Translations under genes and position numbers: made by a program
The notes under the pieces: generated by a model
Seen by the model: only the letters and a program-made list of their open reading frames with translations
What the model was told of the DNA's origin: nothing
Database searches by the model: none
Shown: piece after piece, positions 10,315 to 20,150 of the stretch
Layout: each line of letters opens with the position of its first letter
Position numbering within the stretch: position 1 is the first letter of the stretch
Source: Candidatus Cloacimonadales bacterium
GTDB lineage: Bacteria; Cloacimonadota; Cloacimonadia; Cloacimonadales; JAIOQZ01
Reading direction: 5' to 3'
Length of the DNA stretch: 64,000 bases
Assembly (NCBI GenBank): GCA_963674825.1
Contig: OY771587.1
Coordinates: 3,296,001-3,360,000, forward strand

Positions 10315-10946
10315 TGAAAGAGAAGAAAGGCTTGTTCATCACCTTTGAAGGTATCGAAGGCTGTGGCAAATCGACTCAATCGAAGATGTTGCGGGATTAT
10401 CTCGAATCGTGTGGAAAGAGCGTGCTCTTGACCCGTGAACCGGGCGGACCGCTTATCTCTGAGAAGATACGCAGTTTGTTGCTCGATCCCGAGAATTCCG
10501 AGATGTTGCGCGAGACCGAACTCCTGCTCTATATGGCGAGCAGAAGTCAGCATACTGGGCAATGGATTATCCCAGCGCTCGAAGAGGGGAAGTACGTAAT
10601 ATCTGATCGATACAACGATTCCTCCATCGCCTATCAGGGCGCGGCACGAAAGCTCGATCTGAGCCAGATAGACGGCATTACGCGCTTTGCTACGTTCTCA
10701 TTGGTACCAGACATCACCTTTCTGATCGACCTCCCTGCAGAAAATGGACTTTGCAGGATCCAGCCGTGCGTTGCGGACCGGATCGAACAAGAGGATATCG
10801 AGTTCCATAAAAGGGTAAGACAGGGCTTTTTGGATGTTGCGAATAGAGAGCCGGGGCGTTTCTGTATTATAGATGGTCGCGGTACCATCGAAGAAATCCA
10901 TGTAGAGATTATCCGAAAAATGGATATATTATTGGAAACTGAGTAG
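10314..10946 (+). CDS. tmk: Thymidylate kinase
   Basis: FITFEGIEGCGKSTQ, TREPGG, SDRY..SS.AYQG. Confidence 0.96.
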   Translation: MKEKKGLFITFEGIEGCGKSTQSKMLRDYLESCGKSVLLTREPGGPLISEKIRSLLLDPENSEMLRETELLLYMASRSQHTGQWIIPALEEGKYVISDRYNDSSIAYQGAARKLDLSQIDGITRFATFSLVPDITFLIDLPAENGLCRIQPCVADRIEQEDIEFHKRVRQGFLDVANREPGRFCIIDGRGTIEEIHVEIIRKMDILLETE

Positions 10947-10964
10947 TAATCAATAACCGAGGTA

Positions 10965-13127
10965 ATGAAATTGAGAAAGAATAAAGCAGCTCTGATTGCC
11001 CTGACAATACTGGTCGCAGCCACTGCCATCTTTGCAGTGGAGGTGACGGATCGCAACAAGATCGTCATGATCGAAACCATGAAATACGTTAACCAGATCC
11101 ACTATAACCCACACGAGATCGACAACGAACTTTCCGAACGGGTTTTCGATATGTATCTTGACCGCTTGGACTACCGCAAACGGTTCTTGTTGAAATCGGA
11201 TGTCGATAAATTCGCAAAGATGCGGGATGAGATCGACGATCAGATCAATTCTAAGGATCTTTCCGATAAGTTCGAGTTCTACGTTGACGTAAATAAAGCG
11301 TTCGAGGAACGGCTCGATCAGGTCGATTCGTTCTATAAGGAACTGCTGGCAAAGCCTTTCAACTACTATGATAAGGACTCACTCGAAACCGATGGCGATA
11401 AAAGCCAATGGTGCAGCGATATGGCGCATCTGAAAGAGCGCTGGAGAAAGCTTCTTGAGTATCAGACGCTTACACGCTATTTCATGCTGAAAGAGACTGC
11501 CGACTCCATTGGGACCGATGAAGACGAGGTGGATGAAGACCTTATGGCGCTTTTCCTGAAGAATGGCAAGCTTGATCCCGACCTGGAAAAAGAGGCACGC
11601 CAAAAGGTTGAGAAGGCCACGGAAATGATGATCAAGAGATTACGCGACCAGAACACCGACGATCGTTTTGCCATCTACATGAATTCGATCCTGAATTCGC
11701 TCGATCCACATACGACCTACATGCCGCCAAAAGCGGAAGAAGATTTCAACATAGATATGACCGGCCAGTTCGAAGGTATCGGTGCACGGCTCAGTCAGGA
11801 AGACGGCTACATCAAAGTAACCGAAATCATCCCCGGCAGTGCGTCCTGGAGACAGGGCGAACTGGAACCGGAAGACCTGATTATCAAGGTTGCTCAGGGC
11901 AACGAAGAGCCCATCGATGTTGTTGACATGCCCGTCGATGACGCTGTGACCTACATCCGTGGTAAAAAAGGAACCGAGGTCCGGCTTACGGTCAAGAAAG
12001 CCACCGGTGAGATCAAGGTTATACCGATCATCCGCGATGTAGTGGTGATCGAAGAAACCTACGCCAAGGCTGCTGTGCTTAATGACACGCAGCGCAACAA
12101 ACGTTATGGCTACGTTCGTCTCCCCGGATTCTATCGCGACTTCCAGAACAAGACAAACCGCAATTCAACCGATGACGTGGCACAGGCAATCGACCTGCTC
12201 AAGGACGAAGATATCGACGGAATGATCCTCGATCTTCGCAACAACGGCGGTGGTGCGTTACAGGATGCTGTGAGCATAGGCGGATTGTTCATAGAGCAGG
12301 GTCCTATCGTACAGGTTAGCGACAAGATTCGCGGAACTCGCGTGCATGCAGATTTCGATAAACGTGTGCAGTACGATGGTCCGTTGGTCGTGTTGGTAAA
12401 CCAGTTCAGTGCGTCTGCTTCCGAGATCCTCTCCGCAGCGCTTCAGGACTACAACCGTGCGGTTATCATCGGCCCGAAGAGCTCCTTCGGCAAGGGAACC
12501 GTACAGAATCTGAACGACCTGGACCGCTATGTCAGCCCGATCTTCGAGTATCTCAAACCGCTTGGATCGCTGAAACTCACCATCCAGAAATTCTATCGCA
12601 TCGACGGCACGACTACCCAGTACAAGGGCGTTATCCCTGATGTCGTGGTACCATGTCCGTATGATTATATCGATATCGGCGAGAGAGAATACGACTATGC
12701 GCTTCCCTACGACACCATCGAACCGGCGAAGTACGACCTATGGAAAAAGGGCAAGATGAACGACTCCGTCGTTTCGCACAGAAGCCAGGCTCGCACCGAA
12801 GAGAATGAAGCGTTCACCTACCTCGAAAAGCGTAACGAAGCGCTTCGTGAGGAGCGTGAGCAGACCAGGCTCAGCCTGAATGTGGTCGATATGATTCAGG
12901 AACGCCAGAAGAACAAAGAGTACCGCAAGAAGATGGAAAGCTATCTGGTCGAGCGTGAGGGACTCGATGTGACCTTGAAAGACCTCTATCCACCAGAGGA
13001 AGAGAAGGACGCAAGCCAGCTCGAGCAGGAACAGAACTTGATTACCAATCTCAAGAAAGATATTTATGTGACGGAAGCCACGTTCGTTCTGGATGACCTG
13101 AACGAATACAAGGCCGCCATGAAGTAA
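10965..13127 (+). CDS. prc: Tail-specific (C-terminal processing) protease, S41A, Prc/Tsp type
   Basis: Signal peptide; DPHTTY, GIGA (PDZ), LDLRNNGGG, SASASEI, FGKGTVQ, KFYRIDG..TQ.KGV.PD; long Prc-type C-terminus. Confidence 0.9.
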   Translation: MKLRKNKAALIALTILVAATAIFAVEVTDRNKIVMIETMKYVNQIHYNPHEIDNELSERVFDMYLDRLDYRKRFLLKSDVDKFAKMRDEIDDQINSKDLSDKFEFYVDVNKAFEERLDQVDSFYKELLAKPFNYYDKDSLETDGDKSQWCSDMAHLKERWRKLLEYQTLTRYFMLKETADSIGTDEDEVDEDLMALFLKNGKLDPDLEKEARQKVEKATEMMIKRLRDQNTDDRFAIYMNSILNSLDPHTTYMPPKAEEDFNIDMTGQFEGIGARLSQEDGYIKVTEIIPGSASWRQGELEPEDLIIKVAQGNEEPIDVVDMPVDDAVTYIRGKKGTEVRLTVKKATGEIKVIPIIRDVVVIEETYAKAAVLNDTQRNKRYGYVRLPGFYRDFQNKTNRNSTDDVAQAIDLLKDEDIDGMILDLRNNGGGALQDAVSIGGLFIEQGPIVQVSDKIRGTRVHADFDKRVQYDGPLVVLVNQFSASASEILSAALQDYNRAVIIGPKSSFGKGTVQNLNDLDRYVSPIFEYLKPLGSLKLTIQKFYRIDGTTTQYKGVIPDVVVPCPYDYIDIGEREYDYALPYDTIEPAKYDLWKKGKMNDSVVSHRSQARTEENEAFTYLEKRNEALREEREQTRLSLNVVDMIQERQKNKEYRKKMESYLVEREGLDVTLKDLYPPEEEKDASQLEQEQNLITNLKKDIYVTEATFVLDDLNEYKAAMK

Positions 13128-13148
13128 CCGAGAATCAACGGATAAACC

Positions 13149-14732
13149 ATGATGAAGATTACCCGACGCAACAAGCTGGTACTGATCGCGCTTGTTATGC
13201 TGTGGTTCGCACTGGGCGTATGGGCGTTTACCATCGCCGGAACCGATCCCGAATCCACCCATGAACGCGACACTGCGTACGAGAAAATCCGCCTCTTCAA
13301 CGAAGTCCTCTACAGTCTCAACCAGAATTACGTGCAGGACTTATCCATTGAAGAGCTCATCGATGCCGCCATCGACGGCATGCTGGAAGAGGTCGATCCG
13401 CATACGGTCTATTTCCAGACTGATGAATTCAACGACTTCCAGTCGAACTCGCGTGGAGAATTCGAAGGCATCGGGCTTTCCGTGGATAAAAAAGACGACT
13501 TTATCACCGTTGTCGCGCCAATAGAAGGTACCCCTGCTTATCGTCAGGGAATCCATGCCGGTGACCGGCTGGTGGAGGTTGATGGCGAGAGCATTATCGG
13601 GATCAGCACAGACGATGCAATTAACCTGATGCGTGGCCCGAAAGGGTCTTCGGTATATCTTGTCATCGATCGTCCGGGCTACGACGACCCGATCGAATTT
13701 CACATCGTACGCGACGTCATCAAGATCAAGAGCGTTCCGTATGCGTTCATGTTAAACGACGAAATTGGCTATATCCGAATCAGACAATATAACGCGAACG
13801 TTTCTGAAGAACTCCAGGAAGCGCTGGATATGCTCGAAAATCAGGGTATGAAGGGCTTGTTGATCGATCTCCGATTCAATCCCGGTGGTCTCCTCGATGA
13901 AGCGGTGGATACCGTAAACGAGTTCATCGGTAAAGGTAAGCGTGTCGTTTATACGCGAGGTAGGGCAGCCGGAACGTCAAACGAATTCTTCACGCAGATT
14001 CCGCGCAAACGTAGCGGCTACACGGTTGTCGTGCTCATCAACGAAGGTACGGCCAGTGCCGCGGAGATCTTTGCGGGAACCATGCAGGATTACGATCAGG
14101 GACTCGTCGTAGGCGAGCAATCCTTCGGCAAGGGATCCGTGCAGCAATTGTTCCCGCTTTCGGAAGGCGGGATCAAGATCACCACATCCAAGTACTATAT
14201 CAATTCGGGTCGATGCATCCATAAAGATCTGCAAGATAAGGAACTGAAGGGGAAAAAGGTCTCCGAGGAAGAGGTCAAGGCTGCCGAAGAAAAGACAGAA
14301 GAGGTTTATTACACGCAACACGGACGCATCGTTCATGGTGGTGGGGGTATCACACCGGATATCGTGATCGAGCAGAAGCCTCTGACCGACCTGGAAAGCC
14401 GCATCAAGCAGGCGAACCTTTTCTTCCGTTTCGCGGTGGATTTCCTCATCGATAACGGAAATGGAGTAACACCTGATTTCACCGTTTCCGATGCGATGTA
14501 TAGTCAGTTCGTCAGAACAATCGACGCAGACGAAATCAACTATCTTGCCGATGAGTTATCTGAATCCGAAAGCTGGATTCGGAACAGCCTTGCCAGCGAG
14601 ATTATTGCACAGAAACTTGGTGAGGTAGAGGGGTATCGAGCCTCCTTGAAAGAAGATATCCAGCTACAGAAAGCAGTGGAGCTTTTTAACAAATATCCAA
14701 GCCTGGATGCGATGTTCTCTGCGAAACAATAG
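13149..14732 (+). CDS. S41A C-terminal processing peptidase, CtpA-like
   Basis: DPHTVY, FEGIG (PDZ), IDLRFNPGG, TASAAEI, FGKGSVQ, GGGITPD. Confidence 0.9.
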   Translation: MMKITRRNKLVLIALVMLWFALGVWAFTIAGTDPESTHERDTAYEKIRLFNEVLYSLNQNYVQDLSIEELIDAAIDGMLEEVDPHTVYFQTDEFNDFQSNSRGEFEGIGLSVDKKDDFITVVAPIEGTPAYRQGIHAGDRLVEVDGESIIGISTDDAINLMRGPKGSSVYLVIDRPGYDDPIEFHIVRDVIKIKSVPYAFMLNDEIGYIRIRQYNANVSEELQEALDMLENQGMKGLLIDLRFNPGGLLDEAVDTVNEFIGKGKRVVYTRGRAAGTSNEFFTQIPRKRSGYTVVVLINEGTASAAEIFAGTMQDYDQGLVVGEQSFGKGSVQQLFPLSEGGIKITTSKYYINSGRCIHKDLQDKELKGKKVSEEEVKAAEEKTEEVYYTQHGRIVHGGGGITPDIVIEQKPLTDLESRIKQANLFFRFAVDFLIDNGNGVTPDFTVSDAMYSQFVRTIDADEINYLADELSESESWIRNSLASEIIAQKLGEVEGYRASLKEDIQLQKAVELFNKYPSLDAMFSAKQ

Positions 14733-14964
14733 TCTGAAAGTAACCAGCATAATCTGATTCAAATTGTATTGTTCTCACGACCAGAGGCGGATTGATGATC
14801 AGATTCTTCTACAAAAGAATTGAGAAAATCCCTCCTTCCATAAAAGTTCATTTCAGGAAGTGGTTCTGAATTCAGACATGCCCCAATTGACTGCTGTTCA
14901 TATGTATATGTTCTCTGATAATGAACGCATGTGAGTAACTTGCTGTCGATAAACCAATATTTAA

Positions 14965-14992
14965 TTGACATTCTCGATTCATTTGCTAAAAT
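14965..14992 (+). promoter_or_regulatory. sigma70-type promoter for the SNF2 gene
   Basis: TTGACA-16 nt-TAAAAT with an extended -10 TG, 46 nt upstream of ATG 15039. Confidence 0.6.
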
Positions 14993-15038
14993 TCTCTTTC
15001 TGGTTTGAAGACTGGAAAAACCAGCGAAGGGTAGGTAT

Positions 15039-18000
15039 ATGGCAAGATTGTTTGGTAACGAGTATCACGAGCATTCCAATACCTGGTATTTCAGAAGCTC
15101 CGTTAAAACCCTGAAACAAGATGAACTCGAGTATAGCCTATACAAAGACGAGAACGGGCACATTGTTTTCAATTTCTCGGCTGTCTCCGAGGACAATCCT
15201 CGATTCCCCGGTAAGATCACAATTCTATACGATGCAGAATCGCGGAAGATTCTTTCTCACGAGTGCACGATTTGTAGTCAGGATGACACTTGTCCGCATT
15301 ATCTCACCATTCTGGAATACACCTATCGCTTTCTCTCAACCGATATTCTTCAGGAACGAGTGATACAGACTTATCAGACACGCCTGCTTCAATATAACGA
15401 GTATTGGCAGCGGATCTTGCTCAACACGCAGATATCCGTCTCCGGCATCTATGATACCAACGATAAAGTACGCTTCTATTTCCGCTATTATAAACCGATC
15501 GATATCCGGCTCATCTCCATGATCGTGGCCGATAGGGACCTGAAAGACGCGACACCGGAAGAAATCGAACTCGCGAATACACAAATGGATGCCTTCACGA
15601 ACGAAGAACTCACGCTGCTGAAGATGCTACAGGAATACAAGTGCTCGTTCAGCCGTACAAGCAATTTCTTTACGATCTACAAGCGTGATTTCTATCACTT
15701 CATCCCAATGATGCGCATCCTGCAAAGCAAGATCTTCGTGAAAGAAACCGGTGACCGTATCCTGTTTGAGAACGAGCCATATCAAATCAGTTTCCTCATC
15801 TCGCCGATCGATCAGGACTCGTTTCTCTTCAGTATCGCCCCTGGTGAGACGATCTCGGCTTATTTCGTAAATCGCCTTGCGTATATATTCATCAAGAACA
15901 CCCTTCACCACATCCAGCTTCCTTTTAAAAAGGAGATTACCGAAAAGATATTAGGTGACGGATACATACTTCGCAAGGAAGACCTCGTCTATTTCGCTTC
16001 GGTGGTAACGCATCAGCTCAGCCTGATACGTTGCTATCTTGATTTCGATGAGACCATCGAGCTTCCCGACCTATACGACGGGGCTCCGGTTCCGACTTTT
16101 ATGCTCAGCAAGCTGGATAACAGCATCTTGATGGAAGGTATCCTCAACTACGCCGAAAACGTGCCGGTCCCCATGTCGGTAATCTATTATCCTGCAGAAT
16201 TGGTAAGATACGATCAGAATCAGCGCGAAACATGGTTCTATATTCCACCGCAGATCCGGTATCAGATCGATCGCTTTCTGGAGAAACTACCACAGGCGAG
16301 CGCAGAGGAACGCGATTTTGAGCTGAAAATGCGATTTGAGGGCGAAGAAGAGATCGATATGCTCAAGAAAACGATCTTCGAGGAGACCGATCCGAGCTGG
16401 AACATACAGCTTTCCGAGGAACTCAAGAAAGAGTTTATTTACAAGGTGACGCTTCAGCCAACGATTCGTGCGAAGACTACCGATCAGATCGACTGGTTCG
16501 AGTACGAAGTGACCTACCAATATAAGGACCTCATATTCACACACGAAGATCTGAAGAAGTTCTTCAAGCGCAAAGAGAAGTTCCTGAAATTAGAAGATGG
16601 CAGATTGCTTTATTTCACCAATCAGGATACATTCCGTGATGTCGAGCGCCTCATGAAACGGAGCCAGAAATCCGGTAATGAGTACTACAAGCTATCTGTT
16701 TACAATATTCCTTATATCTATCAGCTAACATCGATCCGCGAAGGTATCCAGATTCAGGGAGATGAGTATCTACAGAACATGTTCGAGGCGATACTTGCTC
16801 GTAAGCTGGACGATGACGCGCCGATTCCAAGAGCGCTTTCTCCTGTGATGAGAAGCTATCAGAAGTCGGGATTCCATTGGCTGAAGATGCTACAAAACTT
16901 CCATCTTGGTGGCATCCTGGCAGACGATATGGGTTTGGGAAAAACCATTCAGGCGATCTCGATTCTATCTGAACTGCCGACGAACTCCATGTCGCTGGTG
17001 ATTTGCCCTAAAACGCTGCTCTTCAACTGGGCAGCCGAGATAGAGAAATTCAATCCGAGCCTGAAGTATATAATCTACGAAGGAAACAAGGAAGAACGTG
17101 CCGCGCTGCTCGAAAACAGTAATGTGCAGGTCTTCATAGCTTCCTATTCGATCATCATGAACGACCTGGAAGAGCTCCAGTCCATCTACTTCAACTACGT
17201 GATTCTGGACGAAGCACAGCACATCAAGAATGCCGGCGCACTGCGCTCCAAGGCGATCAAGAAGCTTAACGCACGTTTCCGACTGGCCCTCACGGGTACC
17301 CCGATGGAAAACAATCCGACCGAGCTGTGGTCGATCTTCGACTTCCTCTTGCCCGGCTATCTTCCATCACCGCGGAAGTTCAAGGCCGAATACGTCTCGC
17401 CGCTACTGGAAAAGCACGAAAAGCATGAGCATCTGGCCGCGCTGATCTCGCCGTTTATCCTCAGGAGGAAGAAGAAAGACGTGCTCATCGAGCTCCCGGA
17501 CAAGCAGGAACAGATATCATACTGCCGTATGTCAACGCTTCAGGAGAAGCTCTATGTCGAGGTGATCGAATCGGTGAAGAAGAATTTCATCAATCGGTTC
17601 AACCAGATCGATACAGGCAACTACATCCATGTCCTTGCAGCGCTGACCAGACTTCGTCAAATCTGTAATCACCCCGCACTGGTTCAGAAGGATCTGAAGT
17701 CGCAGGCCGATCTGTCCGGAAAGATGGAGCAGCTTATGATCATCCTGGAGGACGCGATTGAAAGCGGACGCAAGGTGCTGGTCTTCAGCCAGTTTGTCGA
17801 AACGCTCAAGCTTATACGGCAATACCTCTCCCGCAAGCGGATTGTGTTCGAATATATGGATGGTGACACCAAAGCGCGCCACAAGAGGGTTGATAACTTC
17901 AATAATAACGCCAATGTGCGTGCGTTTCTCATCAGCCTCAAGACCGGTGGCTTTGGCCTTAACCTGACCGCTGCCGACACAGTTGTACTGGTCGATCCGT

Positions 18001-18257
18001 GGTGGAATCCCATGGGGGAGAACCAGGCAATTGACCGGGCGCATCGTATCGGGCAGACGAAGAAGGTTAACGTCTATAAGCTGATTACGCTCGGGACAGT
18101 TGAGGAAAAGATTCTCAACTTGCAGCGTGATAAGATCGAGATGTTCGAGAACATCATTGAGGGTGGACAAAACATCCTGCGTAAACTTGATGTCGAGGAA
18201 CTGAGAAATCTTTTTGAATATACGGCAGGGGAGGGGCATCATGAAGAGCTTTCGTAA
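15039..18257 (+). CDS. SWIM zinc-finger SNF2-family helicase/ATPase
   Basis: CTIC...CPH near N-terminus; [56 protein letters not shown]. Confidence 0.93.
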   Translation: MARLFGNEYHEHSNTWYFRSSVKTLKQDELEYSLYKDENGHIVFNFSAVSEDNPRFPGKITILYDAESRKILSHECTICSQDDTCPHYLTILEYTYRFLSTDILQERVIQTYQTRLLQYNEYWQRILLNTQISVSGIYDTNDKVRFYFRYYKPIDIRLISMIVADRDLKDATPEEIELANTQMDAFTNEELTLLKMLQEYKCSFSRTSNFFTIYKRDFYHFIPMMRILQSKIFVKETGDRILFENEPYQISFLISPIDQDSFLFSIAPGETISAYFVNRLAYIFIKNTLHHIQLPFKKEITEKILGDGYILRKEDLVYFASVVTHQLSLIRCYLDFDETIELPDLYDGAPVPTFMLSKLDNSILMEGILNYAENVPVPMSVIYYPAELVRYDQNQRETWFYIPPQIRYQIDRFLEKLPQASAEERDFELKMRFEGEEEIDMLKKTIFEETDPSWNIQLSEELKKEFIYKVTLQPTIRAKTTDQIDWFEYEVTYQYKDLIFTHEDLKKFFKRKEKFLKLEDGRLLYFTNQDTFRDVERLMKRSQKSGNEYYKLSVYNIPYIYQLTSIREGIQIQGDEYLQNMFEAILARKLDDDAPIPRALSPVMRSYQKSGFHWLKMLQNFHLGGILADDMGLGKTIQAISILSELPTNSMSLVICPKTLLFNWAAEIEKFNPSLKYIIYEGNKEERAALLENSNVQVFIASYSIIMNDLEELQSIYFNYVILDEAQHIKNAGALRSKAIKKLNARFRLALTGTPMENNPTELWSIFDFLLPGYLPSPRKFKAEYVSPLLEKHEKHEHLAALISPFILRRKKKDVLIELPDKQEQISYCRMSTLQEKLYVEVIESVKKNFINRFNQIDTGNYIHVLAALTRLRQICNHPALVQKDLKSQADLSGKMEQLMIILEDAIESGRKVLVFSQFVETLKLIRQYLSRKRIVFEYMDGDTKARHKRVDNFNNNANVRAFLISLKTGGFGLNLTAADTVVLVDPWWNPMGENQAIDRAHRIGQTKKVNVYKLITLGTVEEKILNLQRDKIEMFENIIEGGQNILRKLDVEELRNLFEYTAGEGHHEELS

Positions 18258-18657
18258 GGAATTATGGTTTGAAACTGACACGCGTCGAAAAATGGTGCAC
18301 ATTACGCCGCAGATCAAGGAGTGTGTGCGCGAAAGTGGAGTTCAAGATGGACTCTGTCTTGTCAACGCCATGCATATTACTGCGAGCGTATTCATCAACG
18401 ATAACGAATCAGGTCTGCACTCCGACTACGAGAAGTGGCTGGAAAAACTCGCTCCGGAGAAGCCTTACAGCCAATATGCTCATAATGGATTCGAAGACAA
18501 TGCCGACGCGCATCTGAAGCGAACGGTCATGGGGCGGGAGGTTGTGATAGCGATCACAGACGGTAAGCTTGACCTTGGTCCGTGGGAGGCGATATTCTAC
18601 GGAGAGTTCGACGGAAAGCGCCGTAAGCGTGTACTGGTGAAGATTATCGGTGAATAG
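18241..18657 (+). CDS. yjbQ: YjbQ/UPF0047 family protein
   Basis: [35 protein letters not shown]. Confidence 0.88.
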   Translation: MKSFRKELWFETDTRRKMVHITPQIKECVRESGVQDGLCLVNAMHITASVFINDNESGLHSDYEKWLEKLAPEKPYSQYAHNGFEDNADAHLKRTVMGREVVIAITDGKLDLGPWEAIFYGEFDGKRRKRVLVKIIGE

Positions 18658-18724
18658 TGTGTGATTTTTCCGAAAAAAAACTTGTCAATCCAGCGTCGAT
18701 TTTCAAATTGGTGTTCTCTTGCGT

Positions 18725-18802
18725 CGGGATGTAGCGCAGTCCGGCTAGCGTACTCGAATGGGGTTCGAGCGGTCGCAGGTTCAAATCCTGTCATCCCGAC
18801 CA
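18725..18802 (+). tRNA. tRNA-Pro (anticodon GGG), CCA encoded
   Basis: Acceptor stem CGGGATG/CATCCCG-ACCA; D arm TAGCGCAGTCCGGCTAGCGT; anticodon arm CTCGA-ATGGGGT-TCGAG; T arm GCAGG-TTCAAAT-CCTGT. Confidence 0.96.
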
Positions 18803-18978
18803 TTTTTATTATCTAAATCCATTGTTTGCAGCAACTTACGCAACTCCTGTAAAGTGACACCTACATTTTCCACTTTGTGACAGCATGTTTTCCTTAATTC
18901 CACTTCTTGAAGTGACAGGAAATGCCTTTAACTCCCGCACCATCTATCACATCAATGCAGTCACTTTCCCAAGTTGCA

Positions 18979-19018
18979 AGTGACGGCAGTCTTTCCTTCC
19001 AGTGACGGCAGTTTTTCC
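18979..19018 (+). repeat. 18-bp direct repeat pair at 22-bp spacing, among several GTGAC motifs 3' of the tRNA
   Basis: AGTGACGGCAGTCTTTCC (18979) and AGTGACGGCAGTTTTTCC (19001). Confidence 0.75.
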
Positions 19019-19056
19019 ATCAAGGAAATCATGCTGGCACTTTTCGTGTTCAAGAG

Positions 19057-19409
19057 CTGTGGTACCCGTCGTCACTTAAAGGGTTCATGTTGTAGTCGTC
19101 CTCGAGTTCTTTGCCGCCACCGGTGAACTTGGTTTCGGGGTCGTCGTACACGCTACACAGGCCGGGCATTTTCATCCCGAACGGGTAGATAATGGTCTTC
19201 CTGCATGATGTCAGGCCCGTTGGCTGCTGGTTTGAAGCTCACACGCGTATTCCCCAGTTCGCTTTGCTTTCATCAAATGACCGTGGTTTCATGCGTGGAG
19301 TTATTATTATCGTTGGTCATTTGATGCCTTTGATGTCGTAGACAAAGCCGTATGTCCGACTGTTTTCATCATACGCGATACGCCCTTCCGGTGTAATGAA
19401 ATTGAATAC
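19057..19409 (-). pseudogene. Degraded RHS core fragment (paralogous copy of ~20794-21070)
   Basis: Translates to FITPEGRIAYDENSRTYGFVYDIK / LGNTRVSFKPAANGPDIMQED / YPFGMKMPGLCSVYDDPETKFTGGGKELEDDY; carries a ~70-bp insertion and a 1-nt frameshift, and has no toxin tip. Confidence 0.85.
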
Positions 19410-19497
19410 GCAATTCCTTAACGTATTTGCATGTATTTGCTATTTGGTGGTTGAATCAGCCTTTTTTTTAATTAAGAGAATTGGAAATCGCATTCCA

Positions 19498-20142
19498 TTA
19501 CGTTTTGAGACTGAGAGCACGTTTCCAGCTTCTATTTTCGCGTTCGCTATATGTGAAATAAACCCTTCCTTTATGGATTGAGTGTAGAAGTTTCAATATG
19601 GGGAAATTTCTAGGCATTACAGTAATTGTGTAATTTTCATATTCCACTCGAACAAGGCAATACGGGTGTCGTCTGTTAATAACTATGTGAGGTTCTTTGT
19701 CAGTACTACCCGAGATTATTGACTTTATGCAAGCCGGCAATTCCTCATCGTCAAATACAGTATAGCTCACAGGTTCAAGATTATTGATGTTGCTTTCTAC
19801 TAAAAGATCTGAACATTGCATTAACTTGTCGAGGTTCCAAAACTGCTCAATTCGTGTTTTGAACCCATAAGTACGAATTTTATCTCCGATTGGGACCATG
19901 ATAACGGCAACAATGATTGTGATAATTGTAAACCATGTAGCTACTAAAGCTGCTTCCTTTTTCTTCTTTCTTATTCCAGCTATACTCAAATACAGCACAA
20001 CAAGATAAATCAAGGGAAGAAAGCAGAAGTCAATGCTATATCTCTGTGAATCATTTAGTATATTATAACCATCATAAAACAGTAGTGAAGCTCTGAGAAT
20101 CTGGAAAATCGTAGTCGCAATTATAGCACGTATGATGATCAT
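19498..20142 (-). CDS. Putative RHS immunity protein, membrane-anchored (about 3 N-terminal TM helices)
   Basis: AT-rich ORF starting 8 nt after the RHS stop with an AGGA RBS; three hydrophobic segments followed by a soluble domain; function inferred from position only. Confidence 0.55.
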   Translation of the reverse strand: MIIIRAIIATTIFQILRASLLFYDGYNILNDSQRYSIDFCFLPLIYLVVLYLSIAGIRKKKKEAALVATWFTIITIIVAVIMVPIGDKIRTYGFKTRIEQFWNLDKLMQCSDLLVESNINNLEPVSYTVFDDEELPACIKSIISGSTDKEPHIVINRRHPYCLVRVEYENYTITVMPRNFPILKLLHSIHKGRVYFTYSERENRSWKRALSLKT

Positions 20143-20150
20143 TTTCCTAT

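Noticed and set aside
15039..18257. SNF2 helicase as part of an anti-phage defence system
   Set aside because: It sits in housekeeping context next to yjbQ and a tRNA with no methylase, nuclease or other defence partner, which fits the common SWIM-SNF2 type
18781..18802. Duplicated tRNA 3' end (attR) and an integrase delimiting the island
   Set aside because: No second copy or integrase was found by eye in the window, so the island's right boundary is not established
18597..18803. 68-aa minus-strand ORF (MVGMTGFEPAT...)
   Set aside because: Typical antisense translation of a tRNA gene
19034..19050. TGGCACTTTTCGTGT as a sigma54 promoter
   Set aside because: The -12 element is poor and no plus-strand gene lies downstream
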